Virus record (IMG/VR): IMGVR_UViG_3300010340_000454
Span: 1-64,000 of that record
Strand: one strand, 5' to 3'
DNA: 64,000 nt
From: a virus
Taxonomy: Duplodnaviria > Caudoviricetes
Positions 36,829-46,418 of the stretch are shown piece after piece (position 1 is the stretch's first letter; the number at the start of each line of letters is the position of its first letter). The translations under genes were made by a program, and so were the position numbers. The notes beneath the pieces were generated by a model. It was given only the letters and a program-made list of their open reading frames with translations. It did not search any database and was not told the origin of the DNA.

Positions 36829-37809
36829 ATGATAGACATTACAACCAGACTTAGCCCAGCGAAAGGCGTAATAGGTTTGCAGGTACTCAAAGCTGATGGG
36901 ACAGAAGTCCCTGAGAAAAGTAGGGAGTTTGAGCAAGTTTTTACTGATTATGGTTTTAAGACTTTGTATAGTGGCGCCAGCTTTGTAACCACTGGAGGTG
37001 GTGGCAGCTACTATGGTCTTTTTCGTATCTGCCGAGTAGGAACAGGCACAGTAGAAAGAACTTTCACCGATGTTGGTTTAGGTTCTATACTACCAGCGAA
37101 TGCGTTTGCCGAAACCATACCTGACGCTATCTGTTCTTTAGAAGTGCATGGTGGAAAAAATTACATAAAAACTGTAAGAAAGTACGCATTTGATTTAGGT
37201 TCGATTGTAGCAACAATATCAGAAGTTGGAATTTTTAATGGTATCAGCAATAATACCGTAATGATGGCAGGTCAGCTTATTAAGGATATAGGAGGGACTC
37301 CAACTACACTAACTCTGCTAGCAGATGAGCAGCTAATTGTAACCTACACTTTTTATGTAGAAACTTTAGTTGTAGGAACTGGGACACTCAATAGAGCGGC
37401 CCTGACGCAAATATCATCGGGGAGCGTTAATGTGAATGGCGTACCCTATGACTACACCATAAACTTTGGTAATGCCATTTATCAGGGAGGCACCTCAGGT
37501 ACAACTGGATACCATCACATCGCTGGGTTCGGACCTACCGCAATGCAAGACCCTTATAGATCCGCTGGAACCGTTTCAGTAACGGCATCTACTAAAACTT
37601 TTACTACGGTGTACTTCTCTAATAAGGTAGAAATTTCTGCGAACATAGTTATTCCTCCTAGCTCTGGAACTTTTTCCACACCAGATATAGATGTACGCGA
37701 TTCGTCAGGTAGAACAGCATACGTCATTACGTTCTCGCCGAATCTGCCTAAAACTAATACACAAACACTGAATCTTTCTTTCAAACACACTATTCAGTGG
37801 AGAGCCTAA
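36829..37809 (+). CDS. Virion structural protein, tandem paralog A
   Basis: C.VGTG...F.LG.I.ATISEVG...EQLIVTY pattern. Confidence 0.7.
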   Translation: MIDITTRLSPAKGVIGLQVLKADGTEVPEKSREFEQVFTDYGFKTLYSGASFVTTGGGGSYYGLFRICRVGTGTVERTFTDVGLGSILPANAFAETIPDAICSLEVHGGKNYIKTVRKYAFDLGSIVATISEVGIFNGISNNTVMMAGQLIKDIGGTPTTLTLLADEQLIVTYTFYVETLVVGTGTLNRAALTQISSGSVNVNGVPYDYTINFGNAIYQGGTSGTTGYHHIAGFGPTAMQDPYRSAGTVSVTASTKTFTTVYFSNKVEISANIVIPPSSGTFSTPDIDVRDSSGRTAYVITFSPNLPKTNTQTLNLSFKHTIQWRA

Positions 37810-37810
37810 A

Positions 37811-38794
37811 ATGAAGTTAAAAGCTAAGACCCATATTGGATGTTTAGGTGAAGTAACTTGCGTTGTTCGCCATAAAGATGGCACGGAGACTGTTTATCCA
37901 ACAGAGCAGAACACGCACACTTACACATGGTTTAACTGGGCCACAAGTAATAACACATTGAGTCAGTTCTCAAACCCATTCGCTCCCACAGCAATTGATT
38001 ACTGCTATGTTGGAACTGGAAATACTCCGATAACTAAAACTAGCACGCGCCTGCAAACACCTTTATCAGCGGTTGCTTCAGGTACAATTGGAACTTTTAT
38101 AAACGACCAGGATATAGGGGGTATACTGTACTCAGGAGTTGAGAATCAATACATTTTTACTTTTGGTGTGATAAACGCAACTATTACAGAAATTGGCCTT
38201 CATAAAACTCCGGGAAATACAAGCGGATTACATTGCGGCTTAGTCTTGAATACTCCGGTGATTGTAACATCAGAAGATCAATTGATAGTTAGATACAAAA
38301 GGCTGTATTCTGGTAATTGTATAGGATGGCTCGCATCAGATCTGGCTGGGTGGAACGCTATGCCAAATTCAGATTCTGGCTCTTTTGTTTACGCAGGGAA
38401 TACTTATAATTATACGCTAAAGGTAGCACATCTAATTAAAGGTGGATCAATTGCAGCCCCTACTTCCATACAGACCATGGGAGGAGGAGCCTCTACAGTA
38501 TTTATATGGGATGGAACGGCGTCTACTACAGGAGGCACTACAGTTACCTCGCCAACTATTACTCATACTTTACTTACTCCAAATACAACACAAAGAGATT
38601 TTGTTTCTTACAGTACATCTCTCCTGATACCTCCTACGTCTGGAACTTACCCTATAGGTAGACTCGGCTTTGGTGGGCCAACAGGAAGTGTGTATTGGGC
38701 TATTACTATGCTGCTATCATTCGATCCTCCTCTACCCAAAACAAATCAGTTAAAATTTCAAGTAACTATCGAACACACAATATCGTGGAGCTAA
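37811..38794 (+). CDS. Virion structural protein, tandem paralog B
   Basis: CYVGTGNTP...FTFGVINATITEIG...EDQLIVRY...LPKTN. Confidence 0.7.
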   Translation: MKLKAKTHIGCLGEVTCVVRHKDGTETVYPTEQNTHTYTWFNWATSNNTLSQFSNPFAPTAIDYCYVGTGNTPITKTSTRLQTPLSAVASGTIGTFINDQDIGGILYSGVENQYIFTFGVINATITEIGLHKTPGNTSGLHCGLVLNTPVIVTSEDQLIVRYKRLYSGNCIGWLASDLAGWNAMPNSDSGSFVYAGNTYNYTLKVAHLIKGGSIAAPTSIQTMGGGASTVFIWDGTASTTGGTTVTSPTITHTLLTPNTTQRDFVSYSTSLLIPPTSGTYPIGRLGFGGPTGSVYWAITMLLSFDPPLPKTNQLKFQVTIEHTISWS

Positions 38795-38798
38795 TCCG

Positions 38799-39701
38799 AT
38801 GACCACGAAAGTAATTGAGGCCAGTATTAAGCTACCAAAGCCTAAAGGGACTATAAGCATACAGGTAGGTAATAAGAGCTATCAAGAAGAAAACTTGTTC
38901 ACTGTATATGGTATGGGTCGTCTTACTACATCCAACGCCATCGTAATGAATACCACAGGGGGCATCTTCATAAATTGCAAGGTAGGCTCAGGCACAACAC
39001 CTATAACCATTAATTCTACCGCGCTGAGTGCAGCCTATGCTGCAAACTCTACTAGGTCTAACACTGTACTTAACTACGTTACTTCTGCCGGTCAACGCTA
39101 CGCCCAGTTGACCTCAACTTTTAGTTTCCCAACAGGCTCCATTGTCGGGAACATTACAGAAATTATGCTTTGCCCGGCAGCATCCAACGCTAATATGTTG
39201 TGTGGTAAGTTATTGGACGTTGCTGTTCCTGTTATCGCATCAGAACAAGTAGTCATTGTCTATACGGTGCGCGTCCCAATCGTTTCAACATTCACACAGA
39301 TAGCGTCTGGCAATGTAACACTAAATGGAACTAATACAAACTACGTCCTAGAGGCGCAACTCCACTCTGAGTCAGCCACTTCGCTAATTTCTCAATTTCC
39401 ATTTCCTACTGCACGTACTTCCGCAAATTACTCAGACTTCTATGTCAATTCAGCTTCGCTAGGGGCTAGCAACGGCTCGTATGAGTGTGTGAAAACGGTA
39501 AATGGTCTGCAAATAGAATACTTATTAAAATGTGACATTTTAGGTTTTGTGCCATCTACGCCTATAACTGTATTTGGATTTGGCTCGTATTACCAAGGAG
39601 CAACTTATAGCTTGCGCTTTGTATTTGACATACCTTTTACCAAGCCCCTAAACTTAAACTTCAGAACCTATGTCAAACTAACTATTTTATGGGAGGCATA
39701 A
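38799..39701 (+). CDS. Virion structural protein, tandem paralog C
   Basis: CKVGSGTTP...FPTGSIVGNITEI...EQVVIVY. Confidence 0.7.
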   Translation: MTTKVIEASIKLPKPKGTISIQVGNKSYQEENLFTVYGMGRLTTSNAIVMNTTGGIFINCKVGSGTTPITINSTALSAAYAANSTRSNTVLNYVTSAGQRYAQLTSTFSFPTGSIVGNITEIMLCPAASNANMLCGKLLDVAVPVIASEQVVIVYTVRVPIVSTFTQIASGNVTLNGTNTNYVLEAQLHSESATSLISQFPFPTARTSANYSDFYVNSASLGASNGSYECVKTVNGLQIEYLLKCDILGFVPSTPITVFGFGSYYQGATYSLRFVFDIPFTKPLNLNFRTYVKLTILWEA

Positions 39702-39702
39702 T

Positions 39703-39966
39703 ATGTCATTTACAACAACAGAACCTGCAGGCATTATTGGATACCCACTGAAGCAAACACAAACAGAATTTATAAGTTCCGCAGGTACACCAGGAACTCC
39801 AGAAACACCTATTACAGGGGATAGAATTTTACCAGGAACTACGGCCGAAACCTCGCAATTTACTGCTCCTAATTCAATAAGGCCTATAATTACCTCTACA
39901 GCCGTGCGGGCCTCTAGGACTACAACGGATAAAATTGCGGTAGTTACTATCGCACAAGACCTTTAA
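39703..39966 (+). CDS. Small Thr/Pro-rich protein
   Basis: GGAGG RBS, tightly packed. Confidence 0.6.
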   Translation: MSFTTTEPAGIIGYPLKQTQTEFISSAGTPGTPETPITGDRILPGTTAETSQFTAPNSIRPIITSTAVRASRTTTDKIAVVTIAQDL

Positions 39967-39978
39967 AGGAGAACAAAA

Positions 39979-40629
39979 ATGTTTAAGATAACCAAAGAAC
40001 TATTTAAGGTTGCTGCACCTACATGTAAAACGCCTGACGTTTTTGTTGACTTGTTGAACGAACACTTACCTAAGTTCGGTATAGATACAAGATTAGAGGT
40101 AGTACACTTTTTGGCCCAGTACTCGCATGAGACTTCGGACTTTAACAAATTTATTGAGAATACAAACTACACATCTCCTGAAAGGCTAGTGGCCATCTTT
40201 GGTAAGTACTTCTACTTAAATACCAAAACTCCTCGTAAGTATGATGCTAGGCAGTATGCAGGGAAGCCCGAAGCTATTGCTAACATTGTTTACGCTAACC
40301 GAAACGGTAATGGAGGGCCTGAAACAGGCCATGGGTTTAAGTACAGAGGAAGAGGCGCTTGTCATTTAACCTTTCTAGATAACTATAAGGCATTTCAAAA
40401 AGACATGGGCAAACTCTTCCCAAAGTCAGTAGTTGAGGCTCCTGAACAAATAGAGCAACCTTTTGGTAGCGTGATGGCAGGAATTTGGTACTGGAACTAT
40501 AGGAAAATTAACATTGCAGCTACAAAGAACTCTGTCGAAGCGGTATCTCGTTTAGTAAATGGAGGTACTAACGGACTATCTGATAGAATAGCTAGAACAA
40601 ACAAGCTATTATCCTACACGAAAACCTGA
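39979..40629 (+). CDS. Endolysin, glycoside hydrolase family 19
   Basis: HFLAQYSHETS...ENTNY...IANIVYANRNGNG...G.KYRGRG..HLT..DNY...VNGG.NGL.DR. Confidence 0.9.
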   Translation: MFKITKELFKVAAPTCKTPDVFVDLLNEHLPKFGIDTRLEVVHFLAQYSHETSDFNKFIENTNYTSPERLVAIFGKYFYLNTKTPRKYDARQYAGKPEAIANIVYANRNGNGGPETGHGFKYRGRGACHLTFLDNYKAFQKDMGKLFPKSVVEAPEQIEQPFGSVMAGIWYWNYRKINIAATKNSVEAVSRLVNGGTNGLSDRIARTNKLLSYTKT

Positions 40630-40637
40630 GGCTATTT

Positions 40638-40979
40638 ATGGAAATAATTTATGAGACTAAGACTGTTTTTCTTCTAGGTATAGTGTTTATAATAGGCCTA
40701 GTCACTGGTATGACATTGGCTACCCGTAAGCAAATAAACTTATTAGATTTGGTAGTTGGAAAAGATGGTAAATTATCTGCGGCAAGGCTTTGGGAGAACA
40801 TTGCTCTAGCAGTAGGTGTCTGGGCTTTTGTATATAGCGTGTACACCAGAATAATAACAGAGGCCATATGGTTAATCTTCCTAGCGTCTTATACAGGTAA
40901 TAAACTTTTAGGTAATCTTATACATGCCAAATATACAGGCAACAGCGAATCCAACAAAAACGATTCTAGCTCTGCCTGA
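40638..40979 (+). CDS. Holin candidate (about 3 TM helices)
   Basis: Small, multi-TM, adjacent to the endolysin; DL....DGKLS..RLW motif. Confidence 0.65.
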   Translation: MEIIYETKTVFLLGIVFIIGLVTGMTLATRKQINLLDLVVGKDGKLSAARLWENIALAVGVWAFVYSVYTRIITEAIWLIFLASYTGNKLLGNLIHAKYTGNSESNKNDSSSA

Positions 40980-40989
40980 CTAATTTAAT
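40980..40989 (+). promoter_or_regulatory. Putative late promoter CTAATTTAAT
   Basis: Upstream of the sheath operon. Confidence 0.65.
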
Positions 40990-40998
40990 ACTGACAAT

Positions 40999-41250
40999 AT
41001 GAGGGATTCCTCCATGTACCAAATGATTGCAAATACGCACGATTTTCAGATTAACCTTTTGGTAAATACCGCAAACGGAGAGACTAGGAGTGTCGCTCTC
41101 CCTCCTAAGCAGCGTGGCCGTCTTAATGAAGGCGAAACTGTTTCTGAGCAATCTTTGAGGGATTACCCTAAGTTAAAAGTAGCAGAAATTCCTGACACAC
41201 CACCTGTTCAAGGTAATCCGGCTAACAACGACAATGAGGTGCCTGAATAA
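40999..41250 (+). CDS. Small protein preceding the sheath gene
   Basis: Stop overlaps the sheath ATG (TAATG); the start may be the downstream ATG near 41014. Confidence 0.6.
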   Translation: MRDSSMYQMIANTHDFQINLLVNTANGETRSVALPPKQRGRLNEGETVSEQSLRDYPKLKVAEIPDTPPVQGNPANNDNEVPE

Positions 41251-43166
41251 TGGCAAACTATGGAGCCGCTGACGTATACGTTGTAGAACGTGACCTCAGC
41301 CAAGAGATCGAAGCAACCGCTACTAGCGTAGGCGCTAGCTTAGTTTACGCCGACAAAGGTGAAATAGGTAAGCCTATCCTTGTCACTTCTCCTCAAGATT
41401 ATATTGATCGCTTCGGTACGCCTAAGCCTTCTAATGGTTATGGTGGTTACGCTGCCTTAGCGTTCCTTAATGTTAGCAACCAGCTTTACGTTTCGCGTGT
41501 TGTTGCAGGCAGCTACGCACATGCAGGTGTAAAAATTGGTGTTGCTGCAGGCGTGCCTACGGGAACAGGCCAAGGCGAAAAAGACCCCGAAGGTATTACC
41601 ATGGCAGTTAGTGATGCTTTCTATATCTACCGTAGTGGCCCTGGCGAAGAAGGCGATAACTTCTCCGTTAGCATTGACTCCCAGAACATGAGCGTGCCTA
41701 CTGGTGTAACTGCGACCGCTTCTACTTCAGGCGGTACGCTAGCTGCAGGTGCTAAGAATTACCGTGTAGTTGCTTTTAACTCTTTAGGAACTACCGCACT
41801 CAGCACCGCAGCGGCTGCTACTACTACTGGTTCTACGTCGTCTGTAACTATAAAATTTGGACGTGTTCCAGGTGCTGCAGGGTATAAGCTTTATGGTAGA
41901 GCAGGTACTGGGACTGACCAGCTGCTGGCAGTTATTTCCCAAGCAGATACCTCCACTATTAGCTACGTGGACACCGGAGCAGCCGCATACGATTCTTTAA
42001 ACACCGCAGCAGGCATTACTGCCTACACTGCAACTGAAGAATTTACTGTTAACATTTTTGATAACAGTCAGTCCTTGTCGCAGCCTGTAGAATCTTGGAA
42101 CGTTACGCTGGAACAATCTGTGGACGGCTTTGGGCAGCAACAGAAAATCGACGAAAAGATTAACGTCTATTCCAGATACGTTAAAGTCTACGTGAACGAA
42201 CTGTACACAGGATCGTTAAACCTTCAGCCCATGGATAAGACCGACTTCTCTGGCGGCGCTAACGGCGACGTTTACTCCGGAACAGGCGGGCCTTTGCTAT
42301 CTGATTCTGCCTACATCAATACCTGGAATCAGTATCTCGATAAGGAAAGCGTCACTGTTCGATTGCTTATTGAAGGCGGGCGTGGTTCTGCCGCAGTTCA
42401 ACTCAATATGGACAACGTGGCCAAGAAGCGCCAAGATTGCGTGGCAATTCTTGACGTGCCTTCTTCTGCACAGGAAGCCACTCGCGCCGTTGACTACAGA
42501 AATTTAACGCTCAACCTTAACTCTAACCGTTCTACGCTGTATACGCCTGACGTTCAGATTCAAGACCCCTACAACGACCTTGTGCTTTACATTCCACCGT
42601 CTGGTTACATTGCATCTGTTTATGCTTACACTGATGCGGTAACCAATGCCTGGTGGGCACCTGCAGGTCTTAACCGGGGTCTGCTGAATGTGTTAGGCTT
42701 ACGCTACAAATACGATGCAGGCCAGCGCGACATTCTGTCCAACGCTCGCATTAACTATATCCGCAACTTCCCTGGATTAGGTATTGCAGTCTGGGAAAGC
42801 TGGACACTACAGAGCAAACTGTCTGCATTTAGCTTCGTGAACGTGCGCCGTTTGTTTGACCTTATTGGTGTTTCCGTTTCGCGTGCCCTGCTGTTCTCTG
42901 AGTTTGAGCCTAATGACGATTTTGTTAAGCGTCAGGTGGTGAACCTTATTGCACAGTTCCTAGATACTATCCAGAACGCCCGCGGTATTAACCAATACCA
43001 GGTTGTTTGCGATAGCAGCAATAACACTGGGATAGACGCTGCTAAGGGTCAGTTGAACATTGACGTATACATTCAGCCTACGCTTCCGGTCAGAGTGATT
43101 CAGCTTAAACTTATTGCTACCAAGCAAGGCGTTTCGGTCGCTGAATTTATCGGACAAGCCGCTTAA
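41250..43166 (+). CDS. Tail sheath protein
   Basis: YVVERDLS, FGTP, PPSG..A, WWAPAGLNRG, VNVRRL, FEPND, V.CD.SNNT. Confidence 0.95.
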   Translation: MANYGAADVYVVERDLSQEIEATATSVGASLVYADKGEIGKPILVTSPQDYIDRFGTPKPSNGYGGYAALAFLNVSNQLYVSRVVAGSYAHAGVKIGVAAGVPTGTGQGEKDPEGITMAVSDAFYIYRSGPGEEGDNFSVSIDSQNMSVPTGVTATASTSGGTLAAGAKNYRVVAFNSLGTTALSTAAAATTTGSTSSVTIKFGRVPGAAGYKLYGRAGTGTDQLLAVISQADTSTISYVDTGAAAYDSLNTAAGITAYTATEEFTVNIFDNSQSLSQPVESWNVTLEQSVDGFGQQQKIDEKINVYSRYVKVYVNELYTGSLNLQPMDKTDFSGGANGDVYSGTGGPLLSDSAYINTWNQYLDKESVTVRLLIEGGRGSAAVQLNMDNVAKKRQDCVAILDVPSSAQEATRAVDYRNLTLNLNSNRSTLYTPDVQIQDPYNDLVLYIPPSGYIASVYAYTDAVTNAWWAPAGLNRGLLNVLGLRYKYDAGQRDILSNARINYIRNFPGLGIAVWESWTLQSKLSAFSFVNVRRLFDLIGVSVSRALLFSEFEPNDDFVKRQVVNLIAQFLDTIQNARGINQYQVVCDSSNNTGIDAAKGQLNIDVYIQPTLPVRVIQLKLIATKQGVSVAEFIGQAA

Positions 43167-43184
43167 TTAAGAGGAAAATAAATC

Positions 43185-43691
43185 ATGGCAAAACCAGGTT
43201 TAGCGGATCTCCGGTCGCTTCCAGATCCCTTACAAACACAAAACTTTGCACTTTTCGTTAACGTACCTAGTCCTAATGGTAACGCTCGTCGCCTTACTTT
43301 GCAGTGCCAGAGCGTGCCTCTGTCTGGCATTAGCAACGACCAGCTAACTGTAGGCCTGCACGGCGTTGAAGCAATGTACCAAGGTCGTCCTATGTACGAA
43401 AAAACCTTGTCTACTAGCTTCGTTGAAACCCGTGACATGGTTATTCGTAATACCATACGTAACTGGATTGAGTATGCGCGTAACGCTAGAAACAATACCG
43501 GTGCTTACAAGGCAGAGTACGAATCTACAGGCGATCTAGTGTTGTACGACGACCGTTATCGTCCTATCAAAACCGTTCGCCACTTTGGTTTCTACCCTAA
43601 CAACCTGTCTGAGCTTTCTTTAGATGGTTCTTCGTCAGGTGTAGCTATTATCCAAGTTACCTGGCTATACGATTTTACGGTGGACGCCTAA
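43185..43691 (+). CDS. Tail tube protein (T4 gp19-like)
   Basis: 168 aa directly after the sheath; ..YP..LSELSLD....I.VTW.YD C-terminus. Confidence 0.85.
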   Translation: MAKPGLADLRSLPDPLQTQNFALFVNVPSPNGNARRLTLQCQSVPLSGISNDQLTVGLHGVEAMYQGRPMYEKTLSTSFVETRDMVIRNTIRNWIEYARNARNNTGAYKAEYESTGDLVLYDDRYRPIKTVRHFGFYPNNLSELSLDGSSSGVAIIQVTWLYDFTVDA

Positions 43692-43742
43692 CTTTGGCAT
43701 AAGGTAAGTGGGCGTCTGTTCACTTACCTTTTTGTCTTTTTA

Positions 43743-43752
43743 CTGTAAAGTA
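43743..43752 (+). promoter_or_regulatory. CTGTAAAGTA motif
   Basis: Directly precedes the RBS of 43764. Confidence 0.55.
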
Positions 43753-43763
43753 GGAGTGATAAC

Positions 43764-45155
43764 ATGTCAAAACTACCTACACTAGTTAAAGCGTTTCTCG
43801 GTGAGAAAATTAGGGTAGACTCTAATGAGAACGCACAACCTACAATAACTGGCGCTGACGGAATAAGTGATGTTCCTCCAGTTTCCTCTACTGCCGCATT
43901 TGAAGGCGTTGGGGGCAGTGTCAATCAGCGTTCTGGCACTACTTCTTCAGGCGACCCCGTTTCAGGTGTACAAGCTGTTGGCGCCGTTACAGTAGGCGCT
44001 GCTGCTGGCGGTTTAATGCAAAGCGGGGCTTTAGGGGACTCTGACTCTACTAAAGAAACTATAAAAGCCGTAGGACAAGAGATACTGCAAAATTATGGAA
44101 TTTCTTCCAGGACAGCTAATGATATAGTTGAAGCTGCCTCTGGAAATAAGAATGCCCAAGTAGATTTAGGTATCCAAGCCGTTAGCGCTTTAAGTAAGGG
44201 CTTTATAACGGAAGATGCAGGAAGAACCGTAGTAGGAGCTTTAGAGGGAGACAAAGCTGCCCAACAGAAGCTAGTGCTTAAGGCAGTTGACGTTCTAAGT
44301 AATAACCCTACCGCAGCCCCCGTAATTAAGGCAGCAGGCGAACTAGGTCAAAAAGCTATTGATACCATACTCCCAAGAGGTTCTCCTCTTCGTGGGGTAG
44401 TATCTGACTTCTTAGGAAAAGAGTACAACAAGTTAGCTAACAATGCGCCTTTAGATAACGCTCCTCCTAGAATAGCTGCATCTACAGGAGTCTCGCGCCT
44501 ACAGAAACTTAGGCAGCGAAGGGATCCACTACTAAATTTTGATTGGAAAGTTGAGCTTCCAGATATAGGCAACGCGGGCGTAAATGTTACAGGTGACACC
44601 TTTAATTTTTACGCTGAAGAAGTTACTATAGCTCTTCCGTATTACCAATCTAACGACGTGTTCCGTTGTGGCTCCCGAAAAAATTATCCTGGATTTTCGG
44701 ATGTTGGTTCTATTACTGTTACTCTGTATGAAGATAATCAGATGACAGCCTCAGCGTACCTTAATCACTGGCATTCTTTAATACAAAATAAGGCAGGCGC
44801 TTACTATAACTTGCCTAGTGTCTACAAGAAAACCTTCTACGTTTATTGCTATGACGTTAAGGGGAACACTGTGGGATTGTTTAAAGTAACCGATGCCTGG
44901 CCACTACAGCGAGGTAACTATAGCTTGCAATCTTCCTCCTCTGATCGTGTAATACTCTCCGCAGAATTTGCAACGGATGGTATCTTCTTCCAAAGAGTAG
45001 AGAACGGCGCTCCGGTAGAACAAGCTGTGCCTGTGTCTTCCCTAGCAAAAGCAGATTATTCGGGCAAAATAAGCAGTATGCTACAATCGGTTGGCCTTAG
45101 TAGTAAAATCGCAGGCCCCGTGTCCAAAGTAGCTAATTCTTTTATACCAACGTAG
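43764..45155 (+). CDS. Tube-fold baseplate/tube initiator protein with N-terminal extension
   Basis: C-terminal half is tube-like (DPLLNFDW.V...ITVTLYED...WPL). Confidence 0.6.
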   Translation: MSKLPTLVKAFLGEKIRVDSNENAQPTITGADGISDVPPVSSTAAFEGVGGSVNQRSGTTSSGDPVSGVQAVGAVTVGAAAGGLMQSGALGDSDSTKETIKAVGQEILQNYGISSRTANDIVEAASGNKNAQVDLGIQAVSALSKGFITEDAGRTVVGALEGDKAAQQKLVLKAVDVLSNNPTAAPVIKAAGELGQKAIDTILPRGSPLRGVVSDFLGKEYNKLANNAPLDNAPPRIAASTGVSRLQKLRQRRDPLLNFDWKVELPDIGNAGVNVTGDTFNFYAEEVTIALPYYQSNDVFRCGSRKNYPGFSDVGSITVTLYEDNQMTASAYLNHWHSLIQNKAGAYYNLPSVYKKTFYVYCYDVKGNTVGLFKVTDAWPLQRGNYSLQSSSSDRVILSAEFATDGIFFQRVENGAPVEQAVPVSSLAKADYSGKISSMLQSVGLSSKIAGPVSKVANSFIPT

Positions 45156-45183
45156 TAAACTTGTTATTTAATCGAGGTCACGT

Positions 45184-46290
45184 ATGAGTGAAGACAAAGA
45201 TTTGAAACCGTCTCTTGAGGAAGCCCCAGAATTTCCACACGGAGGGCACCAGCTAACACCAGTAGAAGCTAAGCTGGAAGAGGCTGCAAGAATAAAGCCT
45301 CAAGTGACCATCATTGACGAAAACGGCGCTACCAATGTAACTGGTAGAAAAATCGTTTCTCAGGAGCAAATAGAAAAACGGTTTAGTGATGATTCTGCAC
45401 CATACTCCGAAAAGAATCCAGAGTTTGTTAACATCGCTGGAGACATTCCTTCAAGCATGGCATTCTACCCAGGGAATAGCCTTTGCATCCGCACTTTCAA
45501 ATCCTCGCATATTATTAAGCTAATCGACGGTATGGAGCTAGAAGACCTAGGTGTAATAGTAGATACCGTATCTGCTGTTTTAGAGCCTAGCTTCTCTGCC
45601 TTAGACCTAACCCCAGAAGATTTTTTCTACTGCCTTTATTGGCTGAAAATCAATAGCTTCAAGAAACACCCTTACGAAATAGAGTTTATCTGCACGAATG
45701 TAAAACACCATGAAGACGTTCTAACTAAGAAACTTCCTCAGGAAACTTTGCGTAATAAAACCTTAGTAAAGCAAGTAGGCCAACTTACTATTGACAAAAT
45801 AACTGAAAATAGTCTTGCGGTAAGCACCAAACTTCTCCAAGAGATAAAGGAAAATTATGGGGTTGACGTTTTCGCCATGCGTATGCGCGACTACGTAGAC
45901 TTGCAAGGGTATTTGAAGCGCTCTGCAATGTTCGCTGTGAAAATAGCGGAGTTTGAGGAAGCCGGAACGTTTGATTCTCCTGAGCTGGAAGAACTAAAAG
46001 CCAAAAAGAGAGAGCTGGATGCAATGTACGCGATGAAAGACTACGCTCCGTATATTTGCTTGCCCGACCCTAAAGCAACAATAGCAGACAAGATCAATTA
46101 CTTGAATAGCCTTGACCTTGATCCAGATTTCTTCATTGACTTGGACGCTTTTATCCAGTCGCTCGCCCATGGTGTAAGAGAAACCGCAGTGGTTCACTGC
46201 CAGGAGTGCAAGGCTAAGGTAGAGGTTCCAGTCTCTATCGAAGCCTTGCATTTCTTTCCCGAAATTATCCGAAGGAGATTTGCTCAATAG
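45184..46290 (+). CDS. Tail/baseplate hub assembly chaperone (T4 gp26-like)
   Basis: PS...FY, DL...DF.Y.LYWL..NS, C.EC and HFFP terminus; located before the tape measure gene. Confidence 0.65.
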   Translation: MSEDKDLKPSLEEAPEFPHGGHQLTPVEAKLEEAARIKPQVTIIDENGATNVTGRKIVSQEQIEKRFSDDSAPYSEKNPEFVNIAGDIPSSMAFYPGNSLCIRTFKSSHIIKLIDGMELEDLGVIVDTVSAVLEPSFSALDLTPEDFFYCLYWLKINSFKKHPYEIEFICTNVKHHEDVLTKKLPQETLRNKTLVKQVGQLTIDKITENSLAVSTKLLQEIKENYGVDVFAMRMRDYVDLQGYLKRSAMFAVKIAEFEEAGTFDSPELEELKAKKRELDAMYAMKDYAPYICLPDPKATIADKINYLNSLDLDPDFFIDLDAFIQSLAHGVRETAVVHCQECKAKVEVPVSIEALHFFPEIIRRRFAQ

Positions 46291-46411
46291 GCTGTCAAAC
46301 TATCATATATGGACACACATTGACCTGTACGAAAACTACGACTACAGGCAAATTGTCCATCTGACAGACTTGTTACAAGCAGACCTTCGGGAGAAAGGAC
46401 TAATTAAGTGA
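46255..46411 (+). other. Predicted +1 programmed frameshift (TTT CCC G) and 50-codon extension
   Basis: The +1 frame is open from 46223 to TGA 46409-11 with no usable start: PKLSEGDLLNRLSNYHIWTHIDLYENYDYRQIVHLTDLLQADLREKGLIK. Confidence 0.6.
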
Positions 46412-46418
46412 GGTAAGT

